NCBI GenBank assembly: GCA_964570655.1
Contig: CAZMYU010000003.1
Span: 34,325 to 98,324, forward strand
DNA: 64,000 nt
Direction of reading: 5' to 3'
From: an uncultured Gammaproteobacteria bacterium
GTDB lineage: Bacteria > Patescibacteriota > Patescibacteriia > Patescibacteriales > UBA12465
In this document: one piece after another, positions 43,723 through 53,563 of the stretch
How the letters are laid out: every line of letters begins with the position of its first letter
Position numbering within the stretch: the first letter of the stretch is position 1
The notes under the pieces: model-generated
What the model saw: the letters and a program-made list of their open reading frames with translations, nothing else
The model's database searches: none
What the model was told of the DNA's origin: nothing
Position numbers and translations under genes: made by a program

Positions 43723-44817
43723 CTAATTATAAAACTTAGAAATAGCCGACACAATATAATCAAGCTCGGCCGAAGTCAAAAATGGATGAATGGGCAATGA
43801 TAGAATTTTTTTGACTTTTTCTTCTAACACCGGCAAATCCAAGTTATTATACTGAGCAAAACATTTTTGTTTGTGAATTGGAATTGGGTAATGAATCAAA
43901 GTTGGAATTCCCAAAGATTTTAAATGTTCTTGTAGCTTGTCCCGATCCTCCGCTTCAATCACAAATAAATGCCAGACATGACTAGCCCCCTCTCTAATCT
44001 TTGGCAATTTGATATTTTTGATTCCCGACAAGGCTGACAAATAAAAATTAGCAATTTCTTGACGTCGCTGATTACCAGCACTTAGATATTTTAGTTGCAC
44101 TTGCAAAATAGCAGCCTGAATCTCATCCAAGCGACTATTTATACCTACGACTTCATGTTCATAACGATTTTTCTGACCATAATTTCTAAGCATTATTAAT
44201 TTTTCCTGTAGATCATTATTACTAGTAACGACGGCCCCGCCATCACCAAAGGCTCCCAAATTTTTGGTTGGATAAAAACTAAAAGCCGCGGCCTCACCAA
44301 AGGTACCAACAAATTTATTTTGGTACAAAGCCCCATCAGCCTGAGCCGCATCTTCTAACAAAAACAGTTTGTGCCGCTGACAAATATCTTTGATCTTATT
44401 TAAATCAACACTTTGACCATAGAGATGAACTGGCAAAATTACTTTGGTTTTAGGAGTAATCAAAGCTTCAATCTTATCAGCGTCCAAATGGAAATATTCA
44501 TCAATATCGCCAAAAACTGGCGTGGCCCCGACTGCTGAAATAGCCAAGGTGCTAGCTACCGCACTATGACTAGTAGTAATCACTTCATCCCCCTGCCCCA
44601 CTCCTAAAGCCAAGAGAGCCAATTGCAGGGCTTCCAAGCCATTACCAACACCAATTGCCGCTCGAGTCCCGAGATAAAGGGCTAGCTGTTTTTCAAATTC
44701 AGCCACTTCCTGACCCAAAATATAATACCCCGAACTTAGAACCCGGAGCGTAGCTTCGTCATATTCTTTTTGGTGAGCCAAATATTGGGCCCCAAAATCA
44801 TTAAATTTAATATCCAT
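43723..44817 (-). CDS. DegT/DnrJ/EryC1-family PLP sugar aminotransferase (FdtB/WecE-like)
   Basis: 364 aa. PLP-lysine context FSFYPTKNLGAFGDGGAV. Confidence 0.85.
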   Translation of the reverse strand: MDIKFNDFGAQYLAHQKEYDEATLRVLSSGYYILGQEVAEFEKQLALYLGTRAAIGVGNGLEALQLALLALGVGQGDEVITTSHSAVASTLAISAVGATPVFGDIDEYFHLDADKIEALITPKTKVILPVHLYGQSVDLNKIKDICQRHKLFLLEDAAQADGALYQNKFVGTFGEAAAFSFYPTKNLGAFGDGGAVVTSNNDLQEKLIMLRNYGQKNRYEHEVVGINSRLDEIQAAILQVQLKYLSAGNQRRQEIANFYLSALSGIKNIKLPKIREGASHVWHLFVIEAEDRDKLQEHLKSLGIPTLIHYPIPIHKQKCFAQYNNLDLPVLEEKVKKILSLPIHPFLTSAELDYIVSAISKFYN

Positions 44818-44821
44818 AAAA

Positions 44822-45247
44822 CTATTTTTTAATATATTCTAAAAACTTTTGATAATCTCGCAAATAGTCAGATTCTTGATAATAATCACTGGCCAGTACC
44901 AAAATAACACAATCGGCTGAAAATTTTTCCATGGTATGCCAAAGCTTCGGCCCCAAACGTACCCCCCAAGACGAATTGTTCATGAGAATTGATTGCTTTG
45001 TTTGACCGTCATCAAGTTTCAAAACAAAACTACCATTAATACAAAAAATCACTTGCTCTAATTTTTTGTGGGCATGATGACCGCGCTTCGCTTTTTTATT
45101 AAAAAGATTATTAATAAAATAGACTCGCTTGATATCAAAGGAAATATTTTTTTTAGCTTCACAAATTACCAAATTACCGTCAGGAAAATCATTAAAAAAA
45201 TTAATCTTCACCAGACCAGAATGCTTAACTTTTATTTTTTTGGGCAT
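44822..45247 (-). CDS. WxcM/FdtA-like cupin (dTDP-4-keto-6-deoxyhexose 3,4-ketoisomerase-like)
   Basis: 141 aa. RGHHAHKKLEQVIFCINGSF motif. Adjacent to the aminotransferase as in Fuc3N/Qui3N pathways. Confidence 0.7.
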   Translation of the reverse strand: MPKKIKVKHSGLVKINFFNDFPDGNLVICEAKKNISFDIKRVYFINNLFNKKAKRGHHAHKKLEQVIFCINGSFVLKLDDGQTKQSILMNNSSWGVRLGPKLWHTMEKFSADCVILVLASDYYQESDYLRDYQKFLEYIKK

Positions 45248-46265
45248 ATATTTTATTTTTTATTTTTTTATAGACAAAATGGACAGGTCTAACAATCTTA
45301 ACATTCCACAAAATCCAAGACAAAGAATTCAAGATGGCTCGACCAAGTCGATCCTTTAAACCTACCCGCGAGTAGCCAAAACTAAAGTCGGGTTGAATCT
45401 TTTTGACTTGGTCAATAGATTCCTGCAAAGATTTAAAATAAGGTTGATAAATTAAGCGACGGACATTTTTGGACAAAGAATAACCCCGAGTGGGACAATA
45501 TTTAGTATCAGATAAAATAACAAATTTATGAAAATGATAAAAAACTACCGGCCAATAATCAGCTGCTTTTTTTAAAGTCCCCCAAACTTGTCCGTCAAAA
45601 ATTTTAAACTCATATTGCTGAACATTCCAGGGGGCCACTCCCCCACCCAAATGCTCCAGCTCATGGATTCCAGAAAATCTAGTAGTCCAATCATCTAAAT
45701 ATTTCTGATCTCCCAGTCGGCCATTATCCAAATAACCAAAACACCAATCTAGGCAAGCTAGGCGCCACCAATCCAGAACTTGGCGACCAATTTCATTATT
45801 CTTAAAAACCATAAACTGGACACAATATTTACCACTCACTGCTGATTGATTATATTTGCCACTATAGCGATGTTCAGTAATCATCACCGAATCACTCCCT
45901 AATTCATCAATAAGCAATTTAGGATCATTAAAAAAATAAATATCAGCATCCAAATAAATAATCTCACTTATGTCTGGATATTTCTCAAACAAATACCAAC
46001 TAAAATTAGAGGCACAGGTCCAAGAATATTCAGCAACGCTCCGCTTCGGTTTAACTGCTAGAAGCTCAGGTGATTCAAATTCTCTTAAGCGGACCAGGCG
46101 GACTTGAGGCAAATTCATTTGATCCATAAGCTGATAAGTCAAATCATCCATGCAAAGAATCCATAAAACAAATTCTTGGCTAGAGTAGCGAGCCAAAGAA
46201 TTATACATGGTGAGCCCCTTGTATAAATAATTACTATCAAATAATGTGCAAAAATTATAAATCAT
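45225..46265 (-). CDS. Putative GT-A glycosyltransferase (GT8-like)
   Basis: 346 aa. N-terminal FCTLFDSNYLYKGLTMYNSL and DxD context IIYLDADIYFFNDP. Confidence 0.5.
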   Translation of the reverse strand: MIYNFCTLFDSNYLYKGLTMYNSLARYSSQEFVLWILCMDDLTYQLMDQMNLPQVRLVRLREFESPELLAVKPKRSVAEYSWTCASNFSWYLFEKYPDISEIIYLDADIYFFNDPKLLIDELGSDSVMITEHRYSGKYNQSAVSGKYCVQFMVFKNNEIGRQVLDWWRLACLDWCFGYLDNGRLGDQKYLDDWTTRFSGIHELEHLGGGVAPWNVQQYEFKIFDGQVWGTLKKAADYWPVVFYHFHKFVILSDTKYCPTRGYSLSKNVRRLIYQPYFKSLQESIDQVKKIQPDFSFGYSRVGLKDRLGRAILNSLSWILWNVKIVRPVHFVYKKIKNKIYAQKNKS

Positions 46266-46267
46266 AA

Positions 46268-47095
46268 CTATTTTTTCAATTGAAATAGATAGCCCCGATG
46301 TTCGCCACTCATTAGCGTCTTCTGAATAATTACTTCCCCGCCAAAAGCCTCAAAATCTACTACCAATTCATAATTATTTTTGGCAAAAAAATCCATGATC
46401 TCTGATTCATTAAAAACCCAAACTGGATAAACAGCTGGATAAATTTCTGGTGGAACCTTCTGAACGGTCACTATGGTTTTGTTTTGATTAACCACTAAAC
46501 GATCAAGTAAAATATACGGCGGCCGGTATTTGAAAGTGTCGGCTAAAATTTCCCAAGGGTTTTCTAAATACTGTAAAGAGCTAGAAAATAAAACTACCGA
46601 GGCCGGTCCATTACCAAAGAATTCGGCCAAATTATAATAAAATTTTAAAGACCCAGATTCCAAATTGCTCCGACCAAAATCAACCAATTTGTCCTGTTCA
46701 ATTATTGACCAGGTAAAATTATCTAAATGCTTCAAAAAACCATAATTTTGGTAATAAGTACTGCCCAAAGACCCGCCAAAATCTAATACCTGCAAATGAT
46801 TATTATTTTTAGAGGCAATAAATAATAGACAAGCTAGAGTCGGCCAAAAATACTGAATTTTATCAAAGACTACTGAGTCTCTTTCATAAAGCGCCTGACC
46901 ATTTTTGACCTGTAGGGCGGCGTCAATTATCTTGGCAAAAATCTGATCATCATGATAACCGCGAGACTTGTTTTGCGCCTCAGACCATTTCTGATAAGCG
47001 CCAAAATAACCAAAACGAGCTGGTCGCCATCGATATAGTTTGATTAGTCCAGCTGGCAAAATATTTTTGATTATCGTCCTAATTTTGATAGCCAT
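46268..47095 (-). CDS. SAM-dependent methyltransferase (O-antigen-cluster type, TIGR04325-like)
   Basis: 275 aa. FGAYQKWSEA... N-terminus and VLDFGGSLGSTYY SAM-binding loop. Confidence 0.55.
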   Translation of the reverse strand: MAIKIRTIIKNILPAGLIKLYRWRPARFGYFGAYQKWSEAQNKSRGYHDDQIFAKIIDAALQVKNGQALYERDSVVFDKIQYFWPTLACLLFIASKNNNHLQVLDFGGSLGSTYYQNYGFLKHLDNFTWSIIEQDKLVDFGRSNLESGSLKFYYNLAEFFGNGPASVVLFSSSLQYLENPWEILADTFKYRPPYILLDRLVVNQNKTIVTVQKVPPEIYPAVYPVWVFNESEIMDFFAKNNYELVVDFEAFGGEVIIQKTLMSGEHRGYLFQLKK

Positions 47096-48000
47096 AATTT
47101 AATAATTCTCTTAAGCCAATTAGTAATTTTCTTAATAATCAAGGGCTGGCGACCACGAAAATATTTGATAATTTCTTGTTTGGCCTCTTGATTTTCAGAA
47201 ATCTCAATTTTTTGCAAATCAATCCGCACTTTGGCTACCTGGGGCGTATCTCCTAAATAACCGGAGCTTCCACAATGAGTGCCGCTACCGTCAAAACCAG
47301 TATTATAAACTAGCGACTGACCTGGATACAAAGTTAATTTGTTTTTCAAAAAAGCACTGGCATACCAGCGAATCGCCCAAGAATTGTTGCGCTGAGCAAT
47401 TTGATCTTTAAGCATTTGAGTGTAAGGATATGATCCAGCAAAATCAAATTCGTTAGTGAGATGACGATTTTGTAATTCCGCCAACAATTTTTGACTATCA
47501 GCTTCAAAAATATCCCAGCCCCTTTTCCAGGTGGCCCAACCCCAACAATCAGCTCCTTTCAGAAAAAAGGTGCTTGGCAATACCCCACTAACTGGATAAA
47601 CATAAGCATGGATACTAGCGACCTCTTCATCGTGCTTATAAAGTTCTAATCCCTTGTTTAAATATTCCAAAAAATAATTAGAAACCAAAAGATCATCCTC
47701 GACCACTATCACCTGGCCAAAATCATTAACTATTTTGGTCACTCCATCAATAATTGATTTAGCTAGACCCTGATTGGTAACTTGGCTAATGATTTGCACG
47801 CTTTTAAAACCATTAACCTGAGACAAATACTCGCGCAACTCGTTTACTTGGGCTCGACTCAGCTCATTATCCTTTGGACCATCAGAAAAAATAAACAGCT
47901 CACTGTCCTTGGCCAAGTCATTTTGTTTTAGCGCCTCAATAGTAGTTTGAGCATGATCCAAACGATTATACACAAACAAGGCAATAGGGGCCAAACTCAT
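47071..48000 (-). CDS. GT-A fold glycosyltransferase (GT2/GT13-like, EDD motif)
   Basis: 309 aa. IALFVYNRLDH..., VVEDDLLVS. Confidence 0.55.
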   Translation of the reverse strand: MSLAPIALFVYNRLDHAQTTIEALKQNDLAKDSELFIFSDGPKDNELSRAQVNELREYLSQVNGFKSVQIISQVTNQGLAKSIIDGVTKIVNDFGQVIVVEDDLLVSNYFLEYLNKGLELYKHDEEVASIHAYVYPVSGVLPSTFFLKGADCWGWATWKRGWDIFEADSQKLLAELQNRHLTNEFDFAGSYPYTQMLKDQIAQRNNSWAIRWYASAFLKNKLTLYPGQSLVYNTGFDGSGTHCGSSGYLGDTPQVAKVRIDLQKIEISENQEAKQEIIKYFRGRQPLIIKKITNWLKRIIKLWLSKLGR

Positions 48001-48010
48001 ATTTTAATAA

Positions 48011-49135
48011 TTAAAGCGACTTAAGAATATCAACAATCCTTTTACTCGACAAACCATCACCATAAGGATTAGAGGCTTTGGACATGCCGGTATAATAAGC
48101 CTGATTATCCAAAAGTCGCAAGCTTTCTTTGATAATTTTATCTTTACTCGGACCAACCAATTTAGCCGTACCAGCCTCCACACCCTCAGGACGCTCAGTG
48201 ACCGATCTAGTCACCAAAATCGGCTTACCCAGTGAAGGGCCCTCTTCTTGAACTCCACCAGAATCAGTAATGATTAGATAAGAAGCATTCATCAGCCAAA
48301 TAAATTCTGGGTAACTCAAGGGGCGGATAAGATGAATGTTTTTTGTTTTTCCCAACATCTTGTTAACTGGACCAGCCACATTAGGGTTAAGATGAACCGG
48401 ATAAATTATTTCGATATCTTTTCTAGTTTTAGCTAAATGTTTTAAAGCTGAACAAATATTTTCTAGTGGTTTACCAAAATTTTCTCGTCGATGTCCAGTC
48501 ACCAAAATAACTTTTTTATCGAAATTGATTTTTTTGAAATCAGCAGCAAAGCGACTATCTAATTTTTTTTGCTTGACGATCTTCAGAGCCAAAAGCAAAG
48601 AATCAATTACCGAATTACCTACCATAGCTATTTTTTTGTCGCTAATTCCCTCAGCTTTGAGGCTTTTGACAGCCGCCGAGGTCGGAGCAAAATGGAAATC
48701 AGCAATCGGACAAATCAAACTCCGATTAATTTCTTCTGGAAATGGTGAATACTTGTCATAAGTCCGAAGTCCAGCCTCGACATGAACCACTTTGATTCTT
48801 TTATAAAAACCCGAGAGCGCCCCGATAAAGGCGGTGGAAGTATCACCCTGAACCACCACAATATCCGGATTAGCTTTGTTTAAAACATCTTCAATTCCCC
48901 TTAGTATTCTCGCCGTAATATCAAACAAGGTTTGATTATCTTTCATTATTTTCAAATCATAATTAGCTTTGAGACCAAAAAAATCCATAACCTGATAAAG
49001 TAATTCTTCATGTTGCGAAGTCAAACAAATTTTGACATCAAACAATTTGGGTTGTTTTTTCAAAGCAAAATAGATCGGGGCTAATTTGATAGCTTCCGGC
49101 CTGGTTCCAAAAATTAACAGTACTTTCTTTTTCAT
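48011..49135 (-). CDS. wecB: UDP-N-acetylglucosamine 2-epimerase (non-hydrolysing)
   Basis: 374 aa. LLIFGTRPEAIKLAPI, VQGDTSTA, TDSGGVQEE. Confidence 0.9.
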   Translation of the reverse strand: MKKKVLLIFGTRPEAIKLAPIYFALKKQPKLFDVKICLTSQHEELLYQVMDFFGLKANYDLKIMKDNQTLFDITARILRGIEDVLNKANPDIVVVQGDTSTAFIGALSGFYKRIKVVHVEAGLRTYDKYSPFPEEINRSLICPIADFHFAPTSAAVKSLKAEGISDKKIAMVGNSVIDSLLLALKIVKQKKLDSRFAADFKKINFDKKVILVTGHRRENFGKPLENICSALKHLAKTRKDIEIIYPVHLNPNVAGPVNKMLGKTKNIHLIRPLSYPEFIWLMNASYLIITDSGGVQEEGPSLGKPILVTRSVTERPEGVEAGTAKLVGPSKDKIIKESLRLLDNQAYYTGMSKASNPYGDGLSSKRIVDILKSL

Positions 49136-49145
49136 AAATATTAAA

Positions 49146-50372
49146 TTAAATATAAAATTTCTTAATAATCCACCAAAACCAACTGAAAGGCTTGAAAAGC
49201 CAAGGAGAGCGTCGATAAGCCTTCGCTAAAAATCCCGAGCGCCTGGCTTCGTATTCTTTGACTTGCAAAATTAGCTCAGGAGAATCTGGAATTCTGACTA
49301 CCCCCTTGAGTAATTGACTCAAATTCTGACTATTCTTGGACCAGTCAAATCTAGTCTCGGCTGAGCTTCTAGCCTTCATTTTAAATTCTGGTAAAAATTT
49401 AAAATTATCAATATAATATTGCATCGCCGCAGTTAGAGAATCTTCATCCACATCACATTGGGGCCAAAAATAATTGTCCCCCCGTTTATAAAGCTTAGCT
49501 ATAGCTACTAGTCGACCATTATCACTATCCACGAATTCATTCATGGGTGGATTATCACTGGTGATTACCGGCAGGCCGCAAGATAGGGCCTCACAAATAG
49601 TTAGGCCAATGCCATCCAACCTAGAAGGATAAACATAAACATCCCCCAAATGGTAAAGACCCGGGGCACTAACTTCTTTATTTATAATATCCAATAAATC
49701 AGCTTCTGCCAAGTTTTTAACAGTAACTGCTAAATCCGGATAGGCCTGCACAATATCTGTTTGGGTGTGAATTATTAATTTCCGAGGACCTGTTAATTTA
49801 GCAAAGGCCCGGAGCAAAATATCAGTTCCCTTGCGTTCAGGACTCATGCCACTAGAATGGAAAAAAATTACTTTTTGATTATCAACAGCTTGCAAACTCT
49901 TTGGCTGATAAATACTAGTCTCCGTGCCCCAGGGCACATAAAAAGCTTGCGGGTGGCTGGCAAAGACACTATGATGACGCAAGGTGTTACAAATCAAAAA
50001 ATCATAAAGCCCAAAAAACGGCACTGTCTTTTCCGTATAATAATCAATATAAGCCCCGATCTTAATCTGCAAATCTCTAGCCAAAATAATCGGATCCCAC
50101 CATTGTTGTTCGTTGAAAATCACCAGCTCAATTTTATTTCTAATTAACCATTTTTTAAAATCAGCCAAATCAATAGAAAGAGGCATATGAATCGGAATTT
50201 TTTTTCCCCAAGTCACATAAGGCTTATCCCATTTAGGATCACCAATGGCATATTTCTCTCCACCTCGAGCATAAATTAGAACCTCGTTGTCCCTTTTTAA
50301 AGATTCCAAAAACTGAGAAGACACATAAGCCGCTCCCCTTTCCTGCCAAGTGGTGACAATTCCGATTTTCAT
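49146..50372 (-). CDS. Glycosyltransferase family 4/1 (GT-B)
   Basis: DGIGLTICEALSCGLPVITS motif. The track start 50384 is TTG and overlaps the upstream gene. ATG at 50372 (MKIGIVTTW) lies 4 nt after the upstream stop. Confidence 0.75.
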   Translation of the reverse strand: MKIGIVTTWQERGAAYVSSQFLESLKRDNEVLIYARGGEKYAIGDPKWDKPYVTWGKKIPIHMPLSIDLADFKKWLIRNKIELVIFNEQQWWDPIILARDLQIKIGAYIDYYTEKTVPFFGLYDFLICNTLRHHSVFASHPQAFYVPWGTETSIYQPKSLQAVDNQKVIFFHSSGMSPERKGTDILLRAFAKLTGPRKLIIHTQTDIVQAYPDLAVTVKNLAEADLLDIINKEVSAPGLYHLGDVYVYPSRLDGIGLTICEALSCGLPVITSDNPPMNEFVDSDNGRLVAIAKLYKRGDNYFWPQCDVDEDSLTAAMQYYIDNFKFLPEFKMKARSSAETRFDWSKNSQNLSQLLKGVVRIPDSPELILQVKEYEARRSGFLAKAYRRSPWLFKPFSWFWWIIKKFYI

Positions 50373-50376
50373 AATT

Positions 50377-51198
50377 TTAAACAATTAAATTTTTAAAGTT
50401 ATCAAGCTGCTCATAAATAGCCACTGGATAAAAAGATTTGTCCTGATTCATATCCAAAATCTTAATCTTAAAATCAGTTTTGGGGTCAAAAGGATATTGT
50501 TTGTTTGAGATAGCCGCTTCTAATATTTCCGGCTGAGCCAAATGAGCGAAATCACTTTGGTGAGCATAAGAATTAAGCTTGCTAATCATCTCCGGAACCG
50601 ATAAACACCAAGAAAAATGACAACCAGCGATAGGCTGATAGAGCCGGCCAAAATAACGCCATTGGCCAGGATATTTATTTTTGTAAACTTTGGCCAAGCA
50701 AGCAATCGGACCAATAAATTTGTTGTTCTCCCAAAAATAATTAATTTTGTAAAAAAATTGATAGAGCGAAAATAAATAACTTTTGGGCTGCCAAAAATAT
50801 TTTCTATTTTTGAGTTTTTCGATAATGATAGGATAGACGGATCGAAAAATAATCTCATCAGCATCCACAGAAAAGACAATATCATCATCATGCAAGTCCA
50901 CCTGACTAGCAAAATAACCGCGAATCACCTGCTCGTTGGCATGAGCCAACTTGGCATTGTCTTTGGCTGGGCTAACTAAGTCAGTCAAGTCGCCAGTGAC
51001 ATAAATAATCTTGGCTCTTTCGGCTTCAGTAAATTCTGCTAAATATTTGGAGAAAATAAGCTCTCGTTTTTCTCCCACATGATTATAATTGAATTCGCAA
51101 ATAATAAACTTATCAACAAAATCGCCAGCTTCCGCTAAATTGAGTTTGAGATATTTTATTTCTGGCTCGCTATAAAAAAGTGTTTTGAGATAAATCAT
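50377..51198 (-). CDS. Putative GT17-like glycosyltransferase
   Basis: 273 aa. The N-terminal pattern (FYSEPEIKYLKLNLAEAGDFVDKFIICEFNYNHVGEKRE) resembles bacterial GT17 homologues. Weak, by-eye call. Confidence 0.4.
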   Translation of the reverse strand: MIYLKTLFYSEPEIKYLKLNLAEAGDFVDKFIICEFNYNHVGEKRELIFSKYLAEFTEAERAKIIYVTGDLTDLVSPAKDNAKLAHANEQVIRGYFASQVDLHDDDIVFSVDADEIIFRSVYPIIIEKLKNRKYFWQPKSYLFSLYQFFYKINYFWENNKFIGPIACLAKVYKNKYPGQWRYFGRLYQPIAGCHFSWCLSVPEMISKLNSYAHQSDFAHLAQPEILEAAISNKQYPFDPKTDFKIKILDMNQDKSFYPVAIYEQLDNFKNLIV

Positions 51199-51205
51199 AT
51201 AATAA

Positions 51206-51287
51206 ATTGAAAATTGAAAGATTGAAAATTGAAAAATTTCTTAATTAAATTAATCTTTCAATCGTTCAATCTTTTAATCCTTCAATC
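51206..51287. repeat. Inverted array of ATTGAAA(G/A) octamers, copy B
   Basis: Left arm ATTGAAAATTGAAAGATTGAAAATTGAAAAA, loop TTTCTTAATTAAATT, right arm AATCTTTCAATCGTTCAATCTTTTAATCCTTCAATC. Fills the spacer between two GT genes. Confidence 0.85.
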
Positions 51288-51289
51288 AC

Positions 51290-52126
51290 TTAAAATGTTT
51301 TCCATAAATTATAATACTCATTTCCACCAGCTAGCAACTGACACCAAAATTTGTCATTTTTGGCGGTAATATAATCCAACCAATTCTGAGAGTGAATAAT
51401 TTTTTTAGGCTGGCCTAGAATTCCACCCCAAATCGAAAAGGTGCTCGGACTAGAAATCAAAATATCGCACTGCGACATCTGATAAAGATCGTAGATCGGC
51501 TCAGCCCAGTAGTTGCCAGGAATTATTCCAGCCACCGGCAAAGTCTCGATAAATTCCCTGGTCTTGATATAGGCTTCAAATTCCTCATCATCAGTAAAAA
51601 TATGCAAATAAATTTTCTGGGTAGGATAAGTCGCCAAACAAAATTTTAGAGCTTCTATATAATAATCGGACTTCAAAACCGCCTGCAAATCCCAACTAAA
51701 AAAATCACCGCCCCGAAAATGAAGACCAATGTTTAAGACCTCTTTGCCCTGCGGTATATTTGACTGACTATAAATACTTTTAATCTTTATAAAATTATTG
51801 GGGTTCGTAAAACAATAATCAAAAAAAGTGTCGCCCAAAATAGGCGGAAGCAATTTGATGTTTTTATTCTGGGCGTCAAGATCGGCTATTAACTTTAATA
51901 AATCACTGGGCGCCTGACTAGCTATCAAAGCTGGGGTTAATTTGAATTTTTTATTTAATATTTTAGGAGCTGAGCTGGTTTTGTTCATTTCCTCAAAATA
52001 TTTTTGATCTTTCAAATCCGGATGATAGTAAGTCAAGCCAGTCTGCTGCGCTAATTGTCTCAAAAAATTATAAGCAAAAAGTCGATTGCCCAAACGTCCT
52101 GGATTTTCTTTGTTGATAAAAATCAT
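51290..52126 (-). CDS. GT11-like (alpha-1,2-fucosyltransferase-like) glycosyltransferase
   Basis: 278 aa. GRLGNRLFAYNF N-terminal motif and IGLHFRGGDF (compare the GT11 HxRRGDY motif). Confidence 0.5.
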   Translation of the reverse strand: MIFINKENPGRLGNRLFAYNFLRQLAQQTGLTYYHPDLKDQKYFEEMNKTSSAPKILNKKFKLTPALIASQAPSDLLKLIADLDAQNKNIKLLPPILGDTFFDYCFTNPNNFIKIKSIYSQSNIPQGKEVLNIGLHFRGGDFFSWDLQAVLKSDYYIEALKFCLATYPTQKIYLHIFTDDEEFEAYIKTREFIETLPVAGIIPGNYWAEPIYDLYQMSQCDILISSPSTFSIWGGILGQPKKIIHSQNWLDYITAKNDKFWCQLLAGGNEYYNLWKTF

Positions 52127-52130
52127 AAAA

Positions 52131-52913
52131 TTATATTTTACGAGCGGAGATTATCAAATCAGCATTAGGCCGAAAACTCTTTATCTCAATATCAGTAAAC
52201 CCAGCGCTAGCGGCAAAAAATTCTTGCATCATCGCGGGATTAATATACAAAGTATGGGTCGGATCTTTGGCTAGCGGGTCATCAGAAAAACCGTCCGGCA
52301 CAAACAAAACCAGTAAACCACCGACTTTCAGCATTTTAGCCATTTCTCTTAAGGCCTGGATTGGTTTTAAAGTATGTTCATAGGCATGAGAAGAAACTAC
52401 CAAATCAAAAGACCCCAACCAGTTCGAGTCAATAGCAGTGCTCAAATTCTCAAAAGAGGCGTTAATAATTTTGCCACTTGGATATTTATTCTTGGCCCAA
52501 GCCTGGGCCTTGAAATCGATTTGGCCGTCTCTAAAAAACTTATCAACCCCCAACCAATTGGGATAATTCTGATAATTGAAAATAGGAACCTGCCCCGGAC
52601 CAATTTCTAAAATTTTAGAGTTCGCATTAATTTCTGGAAATTCTCGCTGGATATGCTCGGCCATAAATTTTTGCGGAGGAAGACTAGCCGCAAAAAAATA
52701 CAAGCCCAGTCTTCGGGTTCGGTATAAATGTTTTTTGATCCGAGCGCATTTCCAAATACTTAAGCCTGTTTCCTGGGCGCAAGTAGACAGTAAACGAAAA
52801 TCTGAATAAGTGGTAAAAAAATTATAAACTTTCTCGATTTCAGCTGGGCTAGCTAAAACCGGCAGAAACAGATTGAACTCCTTGATTAGTTTGTTAGCAA
52901 TTTTCTTAATCAT
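52131..52913 (-). CDS. Class I SAM-dependent methyltransferase
   Basis: 260 aa. ILEIGPGQ SAM loop and LVLFVPDG. Confidence 0.7.
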   Translation of the reverse strand: MIKKIANKLIKEFNLFLPVLASPAEIEKVYNFFTTYSDFRLLSTCAQETGLSIWKCARIKKHLYRTRRLGLYFFAASLPPQKFMAEHIQREFPEINANSKILEIGPGQVPIFNYQNYPNWLGVDKFFRDGQIDFKAQAWAKNKYPSGKIINASFENLSTAIDSNWLGSFDLVVSSHAYEHTLKPIQALREMAKMLKVGGLLVLFVPDGFSDDPLAKDPTHTLYINPAMMQEFFAASAGFTDIEIKSFRPNADLIISARKI

Positions 52914-53559
52914 TCTTTTTTAGAATTATAAAATGAGCTGATGATAAATTTGGATATCTCTGCGGAATCGTTCGGACAATAGAAAAATTATTAAATTTGC
53001 TCAAATAAGACAAGACATCGCGATGTCGAACATGGGCCCCATATTTGTAAGGTTCAATTTTGTAAGCATCAATGGAAGTATACAAAATAACATAAGAGCG
53101 AGCACAAGAAAAAATATCATTTAAGGTTTTCAAAAATTCTTCCTCCGAAATAATATGATACAAAACATCCAGGCAAACTACCAAGTCGGCTTGCAAAAAT
53201 CCATGATTATAAAAACTAGTCGGTTCATACTTGATAAAACTTTTATGTTTGTCGACAGCAAATAGTTTTTGGCATAAATCAATTGACGTTTCGGCCACAT
53301 CCAATCCCAAATAATTCTGATATTTAATGTCTTTGATCTGCTGACCATCGCCACAACCAAATTCGATTACCGAATTAATCTGGTGTCCCAGCAAAAAAGA
53401 ATTAATAACTTCGGTTTTAAACGAAGCCAAAAGCCCATAACTACCGGCGCCAGAATTTCCACCCTCATCATATCTTTTCTGCCAATAATTTTTGTAATTA
53501 ATATTAATCTTAAAAATTCGACTCAAGCCAATTTTGATCCTAGTTAACAGCCAGTTCAT
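52906..53559 (-). CDS. Class I SAM-dependent methyltransferase
   Basis: 217 aa. VIEFGCGDGQQ SAM loop. Confidence 0.75.
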   Translation of the reverse strand: MNWLLTRIKIGLSRIFKININYKNYWQKRYDEGGNSGAGSYGLLASFKTEVINSFLLGHQINSVIEFGCGDGQQIKDIKYQNYLGLDVAETSIDLCQKLFAVDKHKSFIKYEPTSFYNHGFLQADLVVCLDVLYHIISEEEFLKTLNDIFSCARSYVILYTSIDAYKIEPYKYGAHVRHRDVLSYLSKFNNFSIVRTIPQRYPNLSSAHFIILKKND

Positions 53560-53563
53560 AAGT

